Of a stretch of 64,000 nt of DNA, positions 42,101-54,603 are shown piece by piece. Position numbers and translations under genes: made by a program. Source of the stretch: Macrostomum lignano (taxonomy: Eukaryota). Under the pieces are notes generated by a model, which saw only the letters and a list, made by a program, of their open reading frames with translations, had not been told where the DNA came from and made no database searches. Numbering within the stretch: position 1 is the first letter of the stretch; the number at the start of each line of letters is the position of its first letter. The stretch spans positions 231,804-295,803 of the forward strand of contig NIVC01001406.1 of assembly GCA_002269645.1 (NCBI GenBank), written 5' to 3'.

Positions 42101-45100
42101 CTTCAGAGTCCTACAATGGGCCGCCGCTACCCTCCAGAGTCCAACAATGGGCCGCCGCTACCCTCCAGAGTCCAACAATGGGCCGCCGCTACCCTCCAGA
42201 GTCCTACAATGGGCCGCCGCTACCCTCCAGAGTCCAACAATGGGCCGCCGCTACCCTCCAGAGTCCTACAATGGGCCGCCGCTACCCTTCAGAGTCCTAC
42301 AATGGGCCGCCGCTACCCTTCAGAGTCCAACAATGGGCCGCCGCTACCCTCCAGAGTCCTACAATGGGCCACCGCTACCCTCCAGAGTCCTACAATGGGC
42401 CGCCGCTACCCTCCAGAGTCCTACAATGGGCCGCCGCTACCCTCCAGAGTCCTACAATGGGCCGCCGCTACCCTTCAGAGTCCAACAATGGGCCGCCGCT
42501 ACCCTTCAGAGTCCTACAATGGGCCGCCGCTACCCTCCAGAGTCCTACAATGGGCCGCCGCTACCCTCCAGAGTCCTACAATGGGCCGCCGCTACCCTCC
42601 AGAGTCCTACAATGGGCCGCCGCTACCCTTCAGAGTCCTACAATGGGCCGCCGCTACCCTCCAGAGTCCTACAATGGGCCGCCGCTACCCTCCAGAGTCC
42701 AATAATGGGCCGTTGCTACCGCAAGCACGAGAATTGCCCACAGACTAATTGCCGAGATTTGCCCGCAATGCTTTTTCCTGCAGCAAGTCTATTAATCAAG
42801 AGATTTACCCGATCATAACGTTTCGATAGTAACTGCATATCAAATTCTTATTTTCCTTGTAGGCTTTCATTTCTATATGCATACAGGGGTACATCTATGA
42901 GCGATTCATTCATGCACATGCCATGTCGCTTTTGTCCCCTAAATCTCTTTATTAAAAGTTACTAAATTTTTCACTGTAACTTTTACTATAAAATGCGCTG
43001 CAGAAAAAATCATTGCGGGCAAACCTCGGCGGGCAAATCGTCTGCAGGAAATTCTCATGGACCCCGTCGCTACCCAACAAGTCCTACTATCTAAAATGGG
43101 ATGCCGCTAGCCTAAATCCCACAGCGGACAGGCACTACACCTCCGAGTCTATCAACGCACCTCAGTGTCCGGCTGCAGCGCCACTATAGTCGGTCGGCAC
43201 ATCTCGCCGCCGTCGCAAGTTCGACTAAATTCGGCCAGCGATAGCAGCACATCCAGCACAGCCAGGCACTGCACTGCGGCCATCCATTTTTCGTAGCTGT
43301 AATTAACGAATTAATGAGCTAAGTGAGATTAGATTAATTAGTTCTCCGTGGGGGGGGGGGGCAATCAAGGCCACAGTCGACCCGCAGCCCATTCCGCGGC
43401 CCCCAGCTGAGGAGAAGCTCACAGAATTTCAGCATTACTCACTGGCTATCGAACCGGTGGAACAGTCTGCACATGACGTCCTTCAACGCGGCAGCCTTCT
43501 GCTCCTCCAGCGCCTGCACGCTAGCCAATAGTTCGTCAGTCTCCGGACAGCGGAATCTTTTGAAACCTTTACGCGATCCGGACACTGTCCAGTTTGATGG
43601 GACCCGGCTGGCGCGGGACTCGGCCAGTTCCACCTGAGTAGCAGTTTGAGTTTGAGCATATTTGAGCAATGTGACAGCGCCATTGAAATAACTGAGCGGG
43701 ACTGTATGGGCAGTAAACCCATCTCTAGACTAAAACTTTCGATTCAAGAAAACTTCAAAGCAATGATGAGTAAACTGTTCGTCTCCAATATTTTTCATGG
43801 AAGCCAAGGGGCTTAGCTGATGAATCTACTAATGTAATAATATTAATGTAATAGTAATGTAATAATATTATTGCGCCGTTATTATATTATTATTTGGCAA
43901 TTGGTTTTTGCCCAAAAAATACACTACGGAGATTGGAATTTTTCACTTTTTTCATAGTAAAATTGCTATGGCTTTCGATAGGAGACAAACCCAAAGTTTA
44001 TCTTTTGATATGTTGTGCCTTTCTTGTAGCTCTATTGATATTTATAAAGCTTTTCGTTCAGAAAATTATAATTCTTTGTTAGTTTTTTATTCTACATAAA
44101 ATTGCATGTCTTCTTGTGCCTAAAAACCATTAAAATGGCACGGCTCATTGGTTTTATGAATCATTCTTAGCTGACTGTGTAACAATATGTGTAACAGAGA
44201 TGATAAAAAAGACTCATAAAAAATTCCTAATTTTCTGAACGAAAAGCTTTATGAATATTAACAGAGCTATAAGAAAGGCACAACATATCAAAAGATGAAC
44301 ACTGGGTCTGCCTCCTATCGCAAGCAATAACGATTTTATTATGAAAAAAGTGAAAAAAGTTGCCATCTCCGTAGTGTATTTTCCAGAAAAATCCTGCCTC
44401 CTTAACTTTTTCTAAGAAACGTCTAGTTCGAACTCTAAACAGTGCCAGACAAAGCCGCCAATAAGCCAACCTGATAGCGAGTCCGGCCGCTGCCAACAAA
44501 GTTCAGCTTGCAGCCGAGCCGGCCGCCCTGCTCGGCCAGGAACGCCTTGGCCCGCTGCTCGCAGTCTGTCAGGCCGGACACGGCCTCGTCGTATTCGCCG
44601 AGCACGCCGCGCTCCGGTATGATGACGCCTTCGCGTTTGGCTCGCTCGTTGTCGAATGAGCCGCGCAGGCCGCGAACAGTTGGCAGCAGGCTGGGGAACC
44701 GGCCGCCAGATTCTGTCGGGTTGATCAGCTGGCGCAGCAGCTCCGAACTGGGGTGGGAAGCCGGTCAGGGGTGCAGAGGTTGCGCTGGGGAATTCCTGCT
44801 GATTTCCCGCGGGAATCCCCTTTTTGGTTATCTATCGGGGAATTCCCCCTAACTCTGGGTTTCAGATTGAAGAAATTCCTTCCTAGTTATTTTTATTGGG
44901 AATTTCCCCTCGGGTAATTTCTACTGGGGATTTCCCTCGGGTAATTTTTATTGGGGATTTCCCCTCGGTTAATTTTTATTGGGGATTTCCCCTCGGGTAA
45001 TTTCTATTAGGGATTTCCCCTCGGGTAATTTACATTGGGGATTTCCCCTTGGGTAATTTCCATTGGGGATTTCCCCTCGGGTAATTTACATTGGGGATTT

Positions 45101-48100
45101 CCCCTTGGGTAATTTCCATTGGGGATTCCCCATCGGATAATTTTTATTGGGGATTTCCCCTCGGGTTATTTCTACTTGGGAATTCCTCTCAAGGTTATTT
45201 CTATTGGGGCATTCCCGTTGGGTTATTTCTATTGGGGAATTCCCCTCGGGTAATTTACATTGGGGATTTCCCCTTGGGTAATTTCCATTGGGGATTTCCC
45301 CTTGGGTAATTTCCATTGGGGATTCCCCATCGGATAATTTTTATTGGGGATTTCCCCTCGGGTTATTTCTACTTGGGAATTCCCCTCAAGGTTATTTCTA
45401 TTGGGGCATTCCCGTTGGGTTATTTCTATTGGGGAATTCCCCTCGGGTAATTTACATTAAGGATTTCCCCTTGGGTAATTTCCATTGGGGATTCCCCATC
45501 GGATAATTTTTATTGGGGATTTCCCCTCGGGTTATTTCTATTTGGGAATTCCCCTCAGGTTATTTCTATTGGGGAATTCCCCGGTTTCCCAGGTGCTTGC
45601 ATTAGGAGGCATTGCCTTCGTGTTTTCTAGATAGATAGGGTCTTTTCATAGTGAGTGGTTAAGCTACTGAAACACTGAAGACGATCGACCCAAGCGAGGC
45701 TTCAAAGACTCACTCGAACAGTTTCCTTTCAGCCAGGCCAGCCATCAGCCGGCAGGCGGCTTCAAAGCCGGCCAACAGTCCCAGGAAGTCTTCAATCTTG
45801 CGCTTATTGTATTGCACAGCTTCGAACAGCACAGCCCGCTGATCCGGATGGTCCGTGCCGGCAGGCCGGCAGCCGAACACGTGCATCTTAGCCGTCAGCT
45901 TCTCTAAATCTGGCAGCTTCTTCAGGCCGGCTGATAATTCCTGGCAGACTTGTCGATCGGCCGACACCAGTTCAGCGACGGCCTCCTGGCGGCGTTGGAT
46001 CGCTTCCGGATGGCAGAGCGGAGCGCACAGCCACTGCTGCAGCAGCCGCTTGCCGAAGGCCGTGCCGCAGCGGTCCAGCCGGCTGTACAGGGTGGCCTCA
46101 GATGACCCGCCGCCTCCTCTCTGCTGCTCAGCGAAGACATCCAGATTGGCCAGCGCGATGCCGTCAAGCACAGCGTGAGTCTGGCTGGCGTAGAATGGCG
46201 GCGCATCAGCTGCCTTCATCTCGGCCTCATCAGCGCCAGCCTCATCGGCAGCTGAGCCGGAGTCTGCCGGCCTGTAGACGGCGAAGTTGCGCATAGACAG
46301 CACGTCGTGATCGATGAGGCAGCGGCTCAGGTAGTGCACCAGGCCGCCAAGGGCGCTCACTCCGAGCTCCCACTGTCTGGCCGCAGTCCGGCCAAGGCTG
46401 TCCGACTCGCATAGCAACGGTTGCAGACCCTCGGGCCAGGCGAACTTGCCGTTATCAACAAAGTAAGGCGCCTCGGCCAGGTGTGCCAGGCACCGGCCGC
46501 TGTCCCAGAACTCGCGGCCGGGCGTCAGCGCCTCTTTCGGCACGGCGCGGAGGCAGCCGTTCAGGATGGCCAGAGTGGCCGGGCGGAGTCGGCCGCGCTC
46601 GTGCAGCAGCTGGGCAGGCGGATGGTGCGCTATGAGGGTGCGCAGCCGGGAGCAGTGGCAGTCGTCGGCGAACTGTCCCACCTGCGCCAATGGGGTTGGC
46701 AAAATTTTTTTTGTACTTTGTTAGTGCAATTCCAGTGCGTTCCTTGACGTCCTTGAAGCACGATTTGAAGTAGGATCCTAAAAACAGTTTTTGTCTGCCA
46801 CTAACAAACTAGGGGTTGTAGCCCAGTGCTTAGAGCGTTTTACTCACTAGTCACGACTTGAAGGTCCGGGGTTCGATTCCCGATCCTACTGGAACAATTT
46901 GTATCCTTGAGCAAGACACTTTAACTCTGCATTGCTTCAGTTCACCCAGCTGTAAAATGGGTGCCAGCATTAGCTGGGGTAATTGAGGGTGTGTGTGGTG
47001 ACCCCCCCAGTCCTTGGACTGAACACCCGTACGCAGCCTTCAGATGCGCCGCGCAATAGCTGCGGCTGAGCTGTCGGTTGCACATCTGCTCATTGTGTCA
47101 ATTATTATTATCTGCCACGATAGTTTAATCCATAAAACTAGACTGCTTTCATATTTATTAATATAGCATTTTCTAAGCATATCGAGCCTAGGAGCAAGCA
47201 AATTAGTTTAGTTAATGAGTGAATTTAGCTATTGAAGACTTGTTTCTCATTGTCTATGGCCTAAAGGGGGGTCTGTGAAGCAGCCATAGATACTATAAAC
47301 ATTAGCTAACTCTAAGAGGCTATGAGGCTAAGATGTTGTCTATGGCCAAGAGCTATAGAAATAGCTTATCGCAAAATCATAACGTAAAGATTGAACTCGA
47401 ACTTTTGGGGTTAGCGAACTGGGCGGCAACGCCTCCTCGCTGTTTCCGGACGCACGGAGCCCCCTGCAGCTAAGTCAAGTAAGTGTTCAATAGAAAAATT
47501 GAAAAAAGGTCAAGTAAAACACAAACATATTACTCACCCAAACTTGACCAATAGTAGTATCGACAAATGCGACGCCAAATTGCAGCGAAACCTGCTGTTG
47601 CGTTGAGTCAGAATCCGCCGACCCGGCGTTACATTGAACAGCCTCCTTCACAGCTAGAAGGTACTGCGCCTTAGTTACCAGGGCGTCACCGTCCCAGTGC
47701 GAGGCCAGGCGGGTGCCAGGCGTAGTCACGCGACAGATTTCGCGGCGCATCACCTGGCAGAGCGATTGGAAAGTTTTAACCATCGTTATAATAAACTCCA
47801 GTGCCTGAGTTGACAACCCTACTCCCCAGTGCCTGAGTTGAGAACCCTACTCCCCATTTCCTGAGTTGAGAACCCTACTCCCCATTGCCTGAGTTGAGAA
47901 CCCTACTCCCCAGTGCCAGAGTTGAGAACCCTACTCCCTAGTGCCTGAGTTGAGAACTCTACTCCCCAGTACCTGAGTTGAGAACCCTACTCCCCATTGC
48001 CTGAGTTGAGTACCCTACTTCCCATTGCCTGAGTTGAGTACCCTACTCCCCAGTGCCTGAGTTGAGTACCCTACTCCCCAGTGCCTGAGTTGAGTACCCT

Positions 48101-51063
48101 ACTCCCCAGTGCCTGAGTTGAGTACCCTACTCCCCATTGCCTGAGTTGAGAACCCTACTCCCCATTGCCTGAGTTGAGAACCCTACTCCCCAGTGCCTGA
48201 GTTGAGTACCCTACTCCCCAGTGCCTGAGTTGAGTACCCTACTCCCCATTGCCTGAGTTGAGTACCCTACTCCCCATTGCCTGAGTTGAGTACCCTACTC
48301 CCTATTGCCTGAGTTGAGTACCCTACTCCCCATTGCCTGAGTTGAGTACCCTACTCCCCAGTGCCTGAGTTGAGTACCCTACTCCCCATTGCCTGAGTTG
48401 AGAACCCTACTCCCCAGTGCCTGAGTTGAGTACCCTACTCCCCAGTGCCTGAGTTGAGTACCCTATCCCAGTGCCAGAGTTGAATTCCCAACTACAGTGC
48501 CTGAGTTGCATAGCCTCCTTCCCCAGTGCTTGTCTGCCTCAGGCCATCTACGCAAACCATAAAAAAATTACCTTCTCCTTTCCCGGCCTGCCTCGCGTCC
48601 TCTCCTGCATCTGATCGGGCGTCTCAGTCTGCTCAACCCTGGCTACTTTGTAGCCTTTCTGCACCAGCGAATCGGCCATGCGACCAAATGAGACCTCAGG
48701 AAAGCCGGAATGAGCGTAAGCGCCGCGCATGTAGGACAAATTGAGCTCCTGCACGCCAAGCACCGCGTCCATATGGTAGAGCTCATAGAATTTGCCAACT
48801 TTAAAGAATAGCACCGTGTCGAAATGGCGCGACTTCAGTTCCCACCACTGACGCATGGCCGGAGTCAACTGTGGGTAATAGATGAAAATTTGTGAAATAT
48901 AAATGAGTAGTATAATGATGATTGACTATAAACAGCTTTTATAGTTAATTTAGCTGTATATATACTACTTACTACAAATATTAAATCCAAGAAATTAGAT
49001 ACTGTATTGAGGGTTTCAATTATAAATTAATATTTAATTGATTACACCTGTCCCAATGGGCAGATGTGCAACCGACAGCTCAGCCGCAGCTATTGCGCGG
49101 CGCATCTGAAGGCTGCGTACGGCTGTTCAGTCCAAGGACTGGGGGTCGCCACACACCCTCAGTTACCCCAGCTAATGCTGGCACCCATTTTACAGCTGGG
49201 TGAACTGAAGCAATGCAGAGTGAAGTGTCTTGCTCAAGGACACAAATTGTTCCGAGTGGGCCGAGAATCGAACCCCCGACCTTTTAGTCGTGAGTCCGAC
49301 GCTCTTACCAACAGGCTACAAGCCTTTTAACCCCTTTAGGGACCTAAGATACTTCAAGAATCGTTTAACTGTGAATAAAGTGTTTCTGTAGACTCTACTA
49401 CAATTTATAAGCCTGTTTTTGCTGGCCATCGAAGGAAGAAAGTCCCATTTTTAAGGTAAAGAAAGAAAACATTATTTAGTTTTAAATCATACAAGTTCTA
49501 CTCCTAGCCAGAAGCTCCTGGCCCAGAAGGCCCAGGAGGCCCTGGCCTCCTACCTAGAAGCTCTACTACCCTGAAGCTCTACTACCCTGAAGCTCTACTA
49601 CCCTGAAGCTCTACTACCCTGAAGCTCTACTACCCTAAAGCTCTACTACCCTGAAGCTCTACTACCCTGAAGCTTTACTACCCTGAAGCTCTACTACCCT
49701 GAAGCTCTACTACCCTGAAGCTCTACTACCCTGAAGCTTTACTACCCTGAATCTCTACTACTCTGAAGCTTTACTACCCTGAAGCTCTACTACTCTGAAG
49801 CTCTACTACCCTGAAGCTCTACTACCCTGAAGCTCTACTGCCCTGAAGCTCTACTACCCTGAAGCTCTACTACCCTGAAGCTCTACTACTCTGAAGCTTT
49901 ACTACCCAGAAGCTCCAATACCCTGAAGTTCTACAACCTCGGCTTTTAAGCTGTATTCATCCTGTAAGCTCTACTTCAACACCGGCAACAACAACAGCCG
50001 GCTGACCTACCTGAGTATAATACCTCTCCGGCACTAGCAGGGTTCGGCCGTCATATTCAGGATTGTCCGGCCGCCGGCCAGCCGAATCTCGGATCCGCTC
50101 GGGCCGCAACCAGTCCAGCTTGAGGTGATCCCAGATCTGCTGCTGGCCGCCGCCCAGCTGCACATCGTCATCGTCGGCGGCACCAGCCGAGGCAAGCGTT
50201 GACCGATCCAGTGCCGACGCTGAGAAGCTGGCCTCGCCATCGGATGAGGCAACAGACGCCGGGCTGAAAGCTGCCAGCCTGCTCAGACCGCTGCCCGGCT
50301 TGCGGGCTGGCGTAGTCTTCGTTGTTGAAGCAATCGACGTGTCGGCAAGTGTTGTAGGATTTTTCTGCTTTTTCTTGTCGGCTGCGGCAAGTTTGCGACG
50401 CCTGGATGGCGGGCTGACATTCTCCAGGTCGCTGCCAGAATCGGCACTGCTGTCGGCTGAATCTTCTTCTGAAGCATCGTCTTCTTCTTCTTCTGCAGAT
50501 TCCTCAGACGATGAAGTCCCACTTTTTCCTGGAGAGTAGTCTGTAATGTAGCAGTAGTAAGCGCATTGAATTAATTGACAAATAGCAACATTTAGGATTA
50601 TTTCTAGAAAATATCACTTTAGCTACTTTTCAAATGTAGCAATAAATTTTAAGCAGACCCGCTAAATTAGACTGTCTTAGACTCGGAATTATCTATCAGT
50701 ATCAAAAGAGACAGTTTCTGTAGTAAAACTAGGAAAAATCGTGTGCAAAAGCCAAGGAGGTTGCCAGCCAAGAAAATGTGCGGCAAGAAAGGTACCAGCT
50801 CAGGACAGAATTTCGGCAGCTGTCTAATTTTACATTTAAAATCAATTAATGAGCTAAATAAAGTATACTAATACACTTATTTATTCGGTTAGGCTGCATA
50901 AAGATTTGTATTTAAAAAACTTTTACCAACTGACTCGCAATCAGCGCCCCCCGTTTGATTTTTTTAATAAACTACATGTAGCTTCTCTTTGCAATAACCT
51001 CAGCAATCCGTCTGTCTGTCTGTCTGTCTGTCTGTCTTTCTGTCTTTCTTGTCTGTCTGTCTG

Positions 51064-51129
<66 letters not shown>

Positions 51130-51176
51130 GTGTCTTAGTGTCTGTCTGTCTGTCTGTCTCTGTCTGTCTGTCTGTG

Positions 51177-51211
<35 letters not shown>

Positions 51212-51212
51212 G

Positions 51213-51243
<31 letters not shown>

Positions 51244-51244
51244 G

Positions 51245-51291
<47 letters not shown>

Positions 51292-51292
51292 G

Positions 51293-51325
<33 letters not shown>

Positions 51326-51328
51326 TAG

Positions 51329-51405
<77 letters not shown>

Positions 51406-51442
51406 TAGTGTCTGTCTGTCTGTCTGTCCGTCTGTCTATCTA

Positions 51443-51473
<31 letters not shown>

Positions 51474-51476
51474 TAG

Positions 51477-51545
<69 letters not shown>

Positions 51546-51548
51546 TAG

Positions 51549-51645
<97 letters not shown>

Positions 51646-51682
51646 TAGTGTCTGTCTGTCTGTCTGTCCGTCTGTCTATCTA

Positions 51683-51737
<55 letters not shown>

Positions 51738-51740
51738 TAG

Positions 51741-51785
<45 letters not shown>

Positions 51786-51788
51786 TAG

Positions 51789-51835
<47 letters not shown>

Positions 51836-54552
51836 GATTTTTTTTCAAGAACCGTCCGGTCGATTTTTTTTCACATTAACTTAAAAAATTGTAATTCTTC
51901 GGCAATCATGCATAACTTTTTTGATGAAAAATTTGAATTGGAAGTGGGTCAAATATTTGAAAAAGTGTCAGTGAGGTGAGGTCACCGAACCTTCAAATTT
52001 AGATCGTATTTAGTGCTTTGAGAAGATTTTTGTGTAGAAGACCAGCTTCTCAAATGTTTACTAAAATTACTTGTCTTCAGAACCGAAAGAAGAGTTTAAA
52101 TTTAAAGTTTACTTTAAAACATAATGCCCAATGCATACTAGCAAAGAATGGTATTTTCAATGAAAAAGGTCGCTGCTTAGAGTTTTGCGAGTGTGAGAAA
52201 ACTGTGGCAATTTGGCAAAGTGGCAGTTCATGAGACTGATAAAATCGAGAAGCACTTGGCTATGTCAAGCTGACTACCTCTGATTGAAATAGATTTACTA
52301 ACCTTCCTAAGGCAAATGACAGCTCTGACAGGGCGTGGGCGGCGCGGCAGGGCGAGACCGCGTCACCTGCAGCGGCACCAGCGACACCATAAATGAGAGC
52401 CCAGCGACCGAGCCCCGAGACCCAATCAGCAACTCAACCCAGCAGCCAGTCTCAAGAAGCCAGCAGCCAAAGCACCCAGCTCAGCAGCCATGTACAAGCT
52501 CGTCTGTCTGTTCGCTCTCGTGGCCTTCGCCGCCGCCGCCTACACTCCGGAGCAGAAGAACGAGGTCGTGAACGACATCATTCACGAGGTCGTTCCCGTG
52601 CTCAGCATCGACACAAACTGCCTGCAGCAGAACGGCATCAGCTCCGTGACGTGCCTGGTGAGCAACCTGATCACCTGCTTCTTCTCCAGCGGCACCAACA
52701 TCAGCAAGCTGGCCACCTGCCTGGCCAGCAAGTGCGGCGGCAGCGCCATCCAGATCATCAGCTGCATCAAGCTGTAAATGCTGGATAGCTGCTTTATTTC
52801 AGATAGATTCCAAATACACTTGGCTGAGATGCAACTAGAGATGTAATGTCTACATGTGTTTAACAAGCTTTATCAATTTAATTCTTATTTCTGAAGCTAC
52901 AACTCAGGATAAGGGAGGATAAAGAGCAAGCAGATCTCTTTATGCCAACGGTTTAATCGCACAGGGCTAATAAACGCACCCTCCCCAAAAACTGGAGGTG
53001 GTTAAGACAAACCCACCTCAAACCGGCACACCGCCAACCAATCGCAGCCAAGCGCCCCACTTTTGCCTCCACCCTAAGAAAGAAAGATTCCCTATACGCT
53101 ATTTAAACCATCGTTTCCTCAATTCGAACTAACCCGAATCCATATCCGACTCAGCCTTCGGTTCTTCATCGTCGTCCGATTCAATAACAGCCTCGCGGCG
53201 CTTCTTTCTAGCTGGTAGTTTCGATGCAAGACCGGAATTCGCGTCCTAAATGGAATTTTATTAATAAATGCAATTAAAATATCAGCAATGTTGCTTTTAT
53301 ATTACTCGTCACAACAAAGTAAGTAGTATGGAATGCTAATTCTAACATTCAAGAACAATAAAAATATAAACGTTGTGCTCCAACGCGTTCTTTATTATGG
53401 ACGAAATTTACTGTAATGGCCTACATGACAAATGGCACTCTTCTTGCCTTAAATGGACATTTACACACGAACGCACTCACACAGGGTGTAAAAGCGGCCC
53501 TAGCTTTTTGGTAGTACTCTGAAGTACTCGAAGTTTGTAGTACTTACGTAATATATGGTAATATTAAATATGCAAAATTGATCTAAACAAAGAAATGAAA
53601 GAAATACATTTCGGTACTGTATAAACTACTAAAAGTAGCTTGCTAAAATACTTACTGGCGATTCCTCTCTGCCCCGTTTGCGAACAGTTGACACCGCCTC
53701 ATCCGCATCATCGTCAATGCTAGTCCCATTCGGTCCGGCATTATCCTCCTCGCCACACGATGGCTCCTGCTGGGCCAGCAGTTTGTCTAATCTGTCGGAC
53801 CGGCTAAGAGGCTGAGCATCCAGCGCCATCTTATAAGCGGCAGCAAGTTTTGGATCCTCCGGTTCCATAGACTCTCCGCAGGACATCATGCTGCGGGCCT
53901 ATGCGGTCGCGTGATCCAGGGGCGGGGATCAAATCGAATGAACTGGTGCTTTATAGATAGATAAATTATGTTGGCTTGGAATCCATAAAGCTACTTGAAA
54001 TCAGTAGTATTATCTAGCATTTTATTGCTCCCAGCTGTGAGTTGGGGTCACTTCTCTACCCCGCCTCTCATTTTATTGCTACCAGCTGTGAGTTGGGGTC
54101 ACTTCTCTACCCCGCCTCTCATTTTATTGCTACCAGCTGTGAGTTGGGGTCACTTCTCTACTCCACTACCCCACCCTCATTTTATTGCCCCCTGTTAATT
54201 GGGGTCACTTCTCAACCCACCCCTTATTTTATTGCCCCCTGTTAATTGGGGTCACTTCTCAACCCACCCCTTATTTTATTGCCCCCTGTTAATTGGTGTC
54301 ACTTCTCAACCCACCCCTTATTTTATTGCCCCCTGTTAATTGGTGTCACTTCTCAACCCCACCCCTTATTTTATTGCCCCCTGTTAATTGGGGTCACTTC
54401 TCAACCCCACCCCTTATTTTATTGCCACCTGTTAATTGGGGTCACTTCTCAACCCCACCCCTTATTTTATTGCCCCCTGTTAATTGGGGTCACTTCTCAA
54501 CCCCACCCCTTATTTTATTGTCCTTTTGCTCGCTGACCATACATGGTGCTTT

Positions 54553-54603
<51 letters not shown>

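Noticed and set aside
42023-42818. 200-254-aa repeat ORFs
   Set aside because: A by-product of a stop-poor 31-bp unit (not a multiple of 3) within MSH6 intron 10.
44508-46747. Plus-strand ORFs overlapping MSH6 exons 7-8 (and similar ones over UBE2T and MSH6 exons 1 and 4)
   Set aside because: Antisense shadows expected from GC-rich coding sequence; no independent promoter or motif evidence.
46812-46890. tRNA gene-like sequences (also at 33800, 41620, 49250, 57485, 57822)
   Set aside because: The A/B boxes are SINE heads followed by the SINE core; stems are degenerate and differ between copies.
50906-51979. SVCL-repeat Cys-rich ORFs
   Set aside because: Translation of the (TCTG)n microsatellite.
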